Shown here: in pieces, positions 57,675 to 64,000 of the stretch | Numbering within the stretch: the stretch's first letter is position 1 | Layout of the letters: every line of letters starts with the position of its first letter | From: Cyanophora paradoxa CCMP329 | Lineage: Eukaryota; Plantae; Glaucophyta | DNA length: 64,000 bases | Direction of reading: 5' to 3' | Assembly: GCA_004431415.1 (NCBI GenBank) | Contig: QPMI01000632.1 | Span: 131,986-195,985, forward strand | Translations under genes and position numbers: made by a program | Notes under the pieces: generated by a model | Told to the model about the DNA's origin: nothing | Database searches by the model: none | The model's input: the letters and a program-made list of their open reading frames with translations, nothing else

Positions 57675-60600
57675 ATGCCGGCGGCGGTAGCAGGAAGTGC
57701 TGCGTCTGTCGAGCGTACCGACGATGGCGCGGGCGCGTTCCTCGCCGAGGACAAGGAGAACAGGCACAACCAGGGGCCGGCAGCGGGCAGCAGCGGCGCT
57801 GCGGGAAAACCCGCCGTGGCAAAGCGACGCTCTCTGGGCGCCAGCAAGCTGAAGACCGCCGACCTCTACGATGCCTGCATCCGGCTCGCCAACGAGAACG
57901 TGCGTCCGGCGGGCGGGCCCTAGCTATGAGCGTGGTCAGGCGTGCACGCACTGGGGGTGCTGACACGGGCTTCGCGGGACCTCCCGCCCCGCAGAAAATC
58001 AACGCGAAGAACTCGTGGGACCTGAAGCTGATCGACCACATGGACGCGTTCATGGGCGACAACGACAAGGAGGTGAACTTCCAGAAGGCTAGCTGCACGC
58101 TGGACGCCACGGTGAAGATCTACTCGTGCCGCGTCGACTCCGTGCACAACGAGGCGTTCAAAGTGCTCTCCAGCCTGTCCCTCGCCAAGAACCCGGACCG
58201 TGCGCCCTCTCGCGCGGATCGCCTCCTCCGCGCACGTCAGCGATCGGCGGCGCGCGCAGAGGCGGGGCGGGAGAAAGAGGACGGGGGCGAGGGCGAGGAT
58301 GCGGAGGGGGGCTCCTCCGGCGCCTCGCACAAGCGCTCCGCGGTGCGCGGCGGCTGCGCCCGAGGCTCCGCATCGCCCTTAGCGAGCGCGCGGGCGCGGG
58401 GCGGGGCGCAGACACGGCCTGAGGACACGCTGGAGTCGGGGGAGGACGCGCTGCGGGGCGGGGAGCGGGACTCGGCGTTCGCGGTGGACCCGCTCTTCCG
58501 CAAGATGGCGGCGAGCTTCGACGAGGGCGGCGCCAAGGGCATGCTGCTCAACGCGCTGCCCATCGGCTCCATCGGCGGCGACGTCTGCCGCGTCGTCTTC
58601 GACTCCAGCGACGTCATGGGCGGCGGCGGCGCTGGCCCCGAGGAGGGCGCCGCCGGCGAGAAGAAGCCGCCGCCGGCCGCCGCCGCCGGCTCCATCGACA
58701 TCTCGGACCTCGCCGGTGCCCGCCGCCCCTCCCCGTCCCCCCGCCCGCCGGCGGTCGCCGACGGGCCGGGCGGCGGCGGCAGAGCTCTTCGCGGGGTTCG
58801 CGGGGCGGCTGGACGGGCTGGAGATCTGCGCGGACTTCGCGCAGTTCCGGGGCGCCAAGGAGGAGGAGGTGCTCGCCCTCGAGGCCCGCCGCGCGGGCGG
58901 CGCCGCCGCGGCGGAGGCGCCCCGGGACGAGTTCGAGGTCGACGAGGAGGAGGAGGAGGAGGAGGCGCCGCGCCCCAAGCGCCGCACCTCCGTCCGCCGC
59001 TCCCGCGTCTCCCTCGGTGCGCTCCCCGCCCCCGCCCGCCCCTCTCTCGCAGGGCGCGCGCGCTGAGCGGCGCGGGGGCGCAGGCGTGCACATCCCGGAC
59101 GCGCAGGAGGACGAGGACGAGGACGAGGATGCCGGCGGGGCGGCGGGCGGGGAGGGGGCCCCGGAGGCGGACATGGCGATGGACTTCGGGTTCGGCGGGG
59201 ACGGCCCGCCCCCCGAGGACCTCGCCCCGCCCTCCCCGGGCGCCCAGGGCCCCCTGGAGGCCTCCCTCGAGCCCCCCGCGGAGGACGGCGGCGACGAGGG
59301 CGACGAGGGCGGCGCCCTCGCGTACGGCGAGGCCGGCGCCGCCGGCCGCGCCCCGGAGGCGCCCTCGTTCGCCCACTGGAAGTTCCGCAACCGGGCGGCG
59401 GCGGCGGCTGCCAAGGCGGGCGAGGCCGGCGGCGCGGAGGGCGCCGCGGCGAAGCGGAAGCGGCGGGCGCGGGGCGAGTTCCGCGTGGCGTGGGCGGACG
59501 AGCTGCCGGAGGGATGGGACGCCTGCGCCCAGCGCAAGGCGCGGGCGCGCAGCCGCTGCGCCTCACCGCCGTCTCCCTCAAGCGCCACGCCGCCAAGGGT
59601 GCCCCGCCCCCCGGGCGCGCCCTGCCCTGCCGCCTCCGCTCACGCCGAGCGGCGCAGCGGTGGCGGAGCCGAAGAAGCGGGCGGCGCGGGGGGCGCCGAT
59701 GCCCGAGGGCTCGATCACCGCCACGTCGGTCACGCTCCTCGCCCGGCCCACGTCACCGTGCGCCCCGCCCCGCCCGCCCCGCCCCCGGCGACGCGCGCCG
59801 AGGCGAGGCGTCCGCCCGTCGGCTGACCCCGCGCGGCGGCCGCAGCTGGCCGATCCGCCGGCGCGTGGCCCGCGCCGCTTCGGGTCGGCGGGCCCGGAGC
59901 CCGAGGCCGGGGCTGGGGCGCCGGGGTTGGTGCTGTACCCCGAGGGTCCGACGCGGGGCCGGCGGCGAGGCGGGCGGCGCGGCGGACGACGATGGCGTTT
60001 ACTGCGAGAGTGCGGCCCCGCCCGCCGCCCTCCCGCCCGGCCCCGCCCCGCCCCGCGCGAGCCTCGGCGGCAGTCGACGACGACTACGAGGACGCGTACG
60101 GGGGCGAGGTGGACTTCGGGGCCGGCGCCTTCGCCCCGGAGGGCGAGCCTGGCGCCCCGGGGGCCTGAGGGCGAGGCCCCCGGCGCCGAGGCCGGCAAGG
60201 ACGGCATCGAGGTGGTGCGCGGGGCCCCGCGCCCGCCCCGCCGGCCGGCCTGCCCGACCCCGCCGCAGGTGCCGGTGCCGCGGAAGGTGGGGCGCATCGC
60301 GATCGGGTTCGCGCGGGTGGCGAAGCGCGTCGACGTGCGCGCCCTCAAGGAGCACATGTGGCGCGGCATCGCTGTGCGCACCGCTTTGGACCCGCCCCGC
60401 CCGCCCCGCCCCGCGCCTCACGCGGCGGGCAGACGGCGGAGGCGCGCGGGGCCGAGTCCCTCCAGGGCCTCTGCCAGTCCGTTCCCGCCCGCATGCGCCC
60501 CGACCAGGCCGCCCAGGCACGCCGGCCCCCGGCCCGCACACCGGCCCCGCTCCGCCGCCCCTCACGCCGGCCCGCCCCGCCAGGTCTCCATATCCTTCTT

Positions 60601-60795
60601 CTTCATCTGCCTCCTGCACCTCGCCAACGAGAAGTGTACGTGCGCCCTTCGCCCGTAGTCCTCCCGGAGGCCAAACGCGGCGGCGACGCCGGCGCAGGCC
60701 TGGCGCTGCGGGGCGCGGGCGACCTCGGGGACATCGCCATCGCCCTCGACGCCCCCTCGGGGCCCGCCGCCGCCCCCGCGGCCGCGGCCGAGTGA
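57675..60795 (+). CDS. NCAPH: Condensin I kleisin subunit CAP-H (Barren/Cnd2/Brn1)
   Basis: CIRLANENKINAKNSWDLKLID, NFQKASCTLDATVKIYSCRVDSVH, VDPLFRKMAASFDEGGAKGMLLN, ARVAKRVDVRALK, FICLLHLANEKGL. Confidence 0.95.
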
Positions 60796-60897
60796 CGCCC
60801 GCCAGGGCGGGAGTGTACGATTCGTGTGAATAAGAAATCCAACAACTACCTCAACGCTAAAAACCGCGCAAGGTTACAGCTGCAGCGTGCAGCATTT

Positions 60898-62554
60898 CTA
60901 ATCTTTCTTGAGCTCAGCCTTAATAGTGACCTGGAAGAAGAGCTGGCCGTTGCGCACGAATCCCTCGGCGGGGTCCGAGACGTGCCGCAGGTCAGCGAAC
61001 TCAGACCAGCCGAGAGAGTTATGGGAGGAACTGAACTTCGTTGGCTGGCTATCGAACGTGCTCAATTGCAAACTCTTGGTGAGGTCGGAATTAAGGAGGG
61101 TTATGCTGAAACGGGCTTTGAGCGATTTCGTTTGCCGGCGGTAAACTAAGAAAACCGAGAGCGATGAGTTCTGTCTTAGCTCGGTCTTAATTCCCCTGCA
61201 CAATCAAAGTTACACCCGGTGACCAAAACGTTGACGACCACTTGCCCATGAAACACGCACCAGACGCCATTCGGTTCATTGAATGTGCCTCCTCGCAGAG
61301 GACACCGCGCCACGAAGCAGGAAGGCGCCTGCCAGTGGAAGGTGGCTCAGTTCGCAGCGCTAGCTATGAAGTATCAGCGCATCAAACGCAAGTAACGATT
61401 ACCAAGGAGTCGGCATCAACAGCCGTAAAACACTGTGCCTGAAGAAGCTTGAGGTGCTCTGCCGCCTGGGCCTCTGCCGCCTCCGCGCGCGTAAGCGCTT
61501 GTCGTTCCCGCTGCTCTGCAGACAATGCCCGGAGCTGGAAATCTCTTCTCTGTGCGCTGAGATCCACGAGGTGGTCCCGCGCATCTTGCTCTGCACGGTC
61601 CGCCCGCCGCTTCTCAGCGCCGGCGCGCTCCTTCTCAGCCTGCGCCGCAGCGCGCGCGTCCTCCAGCCGCTGCCGGCACCGCTGCCTGCAGGTCGCTGCG
61701 CGGCGAGAGTAAAGAGGCGGAGAGCGGAGGAGCGGCGGGGCCAGCGCGCACCGAGGTGCTCCTCGCGCTCGGGATCGGTGATCTCGTCGGGGCACCCGAT
61801 GTCCGCGTTCGCGCACGGCCGCCGCACCCGATCGCACCCCGCCTCGTGCGCCTGCGCGGCGGCGGAGTTCAGCGGCGCAAGGCGACCTCGTTGGGCGGTC
61901 CGCGGCAGCTCACCTGCAGATCCTTCTGGCGGAGGTCGGCGCCGCAGCCACGGCACTGCTTGACCGTGAGGGGGCACTGGGCGGCGTGGTCCGCGCGGCC
62001 CGAGAGCGCCTCCGCCCACTTGCAGCCGGCGTCGCGGTTCGGGCAGCTGCGCGGGACGCCGGTGCGTTAGACCTAGAGTCTTTGACGATTCGCTGATCGC
62101 GCATTCGACCGCCGCGCCGCCGCACCTCGCCTTCAGATCCAACACGAGGCGGCGGATGCTCTTCGCCGGCCGCACGCGGTCGCGCCTCACGGGCTCATTG
62201 CATCTACGACGCGTCGCGGCAGATTAGGTTCTCTTCTGGGCTCCGCACGCGCGCGTCGAATCAGCGGCGCACGTCGGGCAGGCCGCGCCGGCCGGCCGCG
62301 CGTCGAACCACTCATCGAGGCACGACCTGCAGAACACGTGCTGCTCCTCGCAGTTCGCATCCACCTGCGCAGGGACAAACGCTCGTGCCGATCAGCCCGG
62401 GGCCGGGCCCGCCGGCTTTGCAGCCGCGCGGCGCCGGCCGCGGGCCATATGCGTGGCGGGAGCGGACCGGGTCGTCGAGCACGTCAAGGCATATGTGACA
62501 GACGACAGCGCCGGGCACAGCCGCGTCGACGAAGACGTCCGTCGACCAGCCCAT
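60898..62554 (-). CDS. TRAF-like E3 ligase: RING, TRAF zinc fingers, coiled coil, MATH-like domain
   Basis: CHICLDVLDDP..C..HVFC RING; CPNRDAGCKW..H..C; CANADIGC; coiled coil; C-terminal LSVFL..ARFSITLLN..LGWSEF..GFVRNGQLFFQVTI. Confidence 0.85.
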
Positions 62555-62700
62555 CGATATCGCGCCCTGATCTCCGCGGGGTCTGCAGCGTGTACTAAAA
62601 AGCAACGCACTGCTTCTATGCCGGTGGCAGTTACTCCGGCAGTTACTCCGGCGGTTCGCCGGGTTCACCAGCTGCGAGTTTACTTCGTTCGCAAATTGCG
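62555..62700. promoter_or_regulatory. Putative shared promoter of the divergent TRAF-like pair
   Basis: 146 bp between start codons; contains tandem GGCAGTTACTCC x2. Confidence 0.45.
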
Positions 62701-64000
62701 ATGGGCTGGTCGACGGAGATCTTCGTCGTCGAGGCGTGCGTGCCGGACGTCGCTTTCTGTCAGATATGCCTGGACATTCTAAACGACCCGGTCCGCTCCC
62801 GCCATCACGGCTTCGAAACGCGGCCGCTTTCGCTGCGGCGCTGGTTGAGCGCCTGTGCCTGCGCAGGTGGATGCGAACTGCGAGGAGCAGCACGTGTTCT
62901 GCAGGGCGTGCCTGGATGAGTGGTTCGACGCGCGGCCCGATGGCGCGGCCTGCCCGACGTGCGTTCGATCGCTGGACCCGCACTCATGCACTCATGCGAT
63001 GTCTTGCATCGTAGATGTAACGAGGCTTTGCAGCGAGACCGCGTGCGGCCAGCGAAAAGCATCCGCCGCCTCGTGCTCAATCTGAAGGCGAGGTGCGACG
63101 CGCCGGACGCGCGAAGTTTCCGGATCTGCAGCTCTCGTAGGATATCTATAGCTAGATCTGAGGCGCCGGCGTCCCGCGCAGCTGCCCGAACCGCGACGCC
63201 GGCTGCAAGTGGGTAGAGGCGCTGTCGGGCCGCGCGGACCACGCCGCCCAGTGTCCCCTCACGATAAAGCAGTGCCGCGGCTGCGGCGCCGACTTCCGCC
63301 AGAAGGATATGCAGGTGAGCTGCCGCGGACCGCCCAACGCGGTCGCCTTGCGCCGCTGAACTCCGCCGCCGTGCAGGCGCACGAGGCGGGGTGCGATCGG
63401 GTGCGGCGGCCGTGCGCGAACGCGGACATCGGATGCCCCGACGAGATCACCGATCCCGAGCGCGAGGAGCACCTCGGTGCGCGCCGGCCCCGCCGCTCTT
63501 CCACTTTCCGCCTCTTGACTCCCGCCGTGCAGGGACCTGCAGGCAGCGGTGCCGGCAGCGTCTGGAGGACGCGCGCGCTGCAGCGCAGGCTGAGAAGGAG
63601 CGCGCCGACGCTGAGAAGCGGCGGGCGGATGCAGAAGCGAGACGCGCTGAACAAGATGCCCGTCAAAGCCTCGCTGTTGTGAGCGCGCACTGCCTCGCGC
63701 TTCCCGAATTGGCGTCGGTGAGTCTCGGAATTGTTTTGATGGCGGGCACGTTTAATTTGGCGTCGCCGTTCGAATCTAGAATGACGCCTCACTAATATTG
63801 TTTCAAGTTTTTTAAGTACGCATTTGTTTTATTGCTAGTTGGCGCTAAGCACCTTCTGTCACAGGAATCGGCGTCAATATCAACGTTCATACTGCGAGTT
63901 CCTCCTCAGGGAGGCACGGCTTGGGATAAAAGCAGCTGGTGCGTCTGCGTCTCCGCCTGGGGAGAGTTTTGAATTTCAACTTACATCAGCGTGCAGGGGG
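62701..64000 (+). CDS. TRAF-like RING/zinc-finger protein, paralogue of 60898-62554; 3' end beyond the window
   Basis: MGWSTEIFV..CQICLDILNDP-VDANCEEQHVFCRACLDEWF..CPTC; same intron positions as the minus-strand copy. Confidence 0.85.

Noticed and set aside
1-64000. tRNA, rRNA or an intact autonomous transposase
   Set aside because: None recognised by eye; tRNAscan/Infernal and a transposase HMM search would be needed to exclude them.

Overview
Very GC-rich, compact eukaryotic (protist or algal) nuclear DNA. Genes are broken by many short (about 50-150 nt) spliceosomal introns, a good share with GC-AG boundaries, so most ORFs in the supplied track are shadows. The style resembles glaucophyte (Cyanophora-like) DNA, which is inference only. 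Recognisable genes after manual splicing: two DUF1917/Bles03 (eIF4E-fold) paralogues, a soluble-adenylyl-cyclase-like cyclase-STAND-helical repeat protein, MND1, an EEP-family sphingomyelinase-like enzyme, an ARM-repeat protein, FAM91A1, NDUFS6, RPS3, an NDB-type type II NADH dehydrogenase, condensin CAP-H and a head-to-head pair of TRAF-like RING/zinc-finger genes. There are also PPR-like, vWA-like, secreted Ser-Pro and unknown genes, a TA-flanked MITE and decayed repeats. The main discovery is a pervasive, stereotyped insertion signature. Aligning the two DUF1917 paralogues shows at least nine clean indels that turn a triplet XYZ into XYZ-revcomp(XYZ)-XYZ (+6 nt, in frame). A second class, XYZ-C-revcomp(XYZ)-G-XYZ (+8 nt), recurs throughout the window, mostly in non-coding DNA. 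Both patterns are what hairpin-mediated excision of a DNA transposon with a 3-bp target duplication and C...G termini would leave. This would explain why intergenic DNA here reads like a string of restriction-site palindromes. All coordinates and exon joins were worked out by eye.
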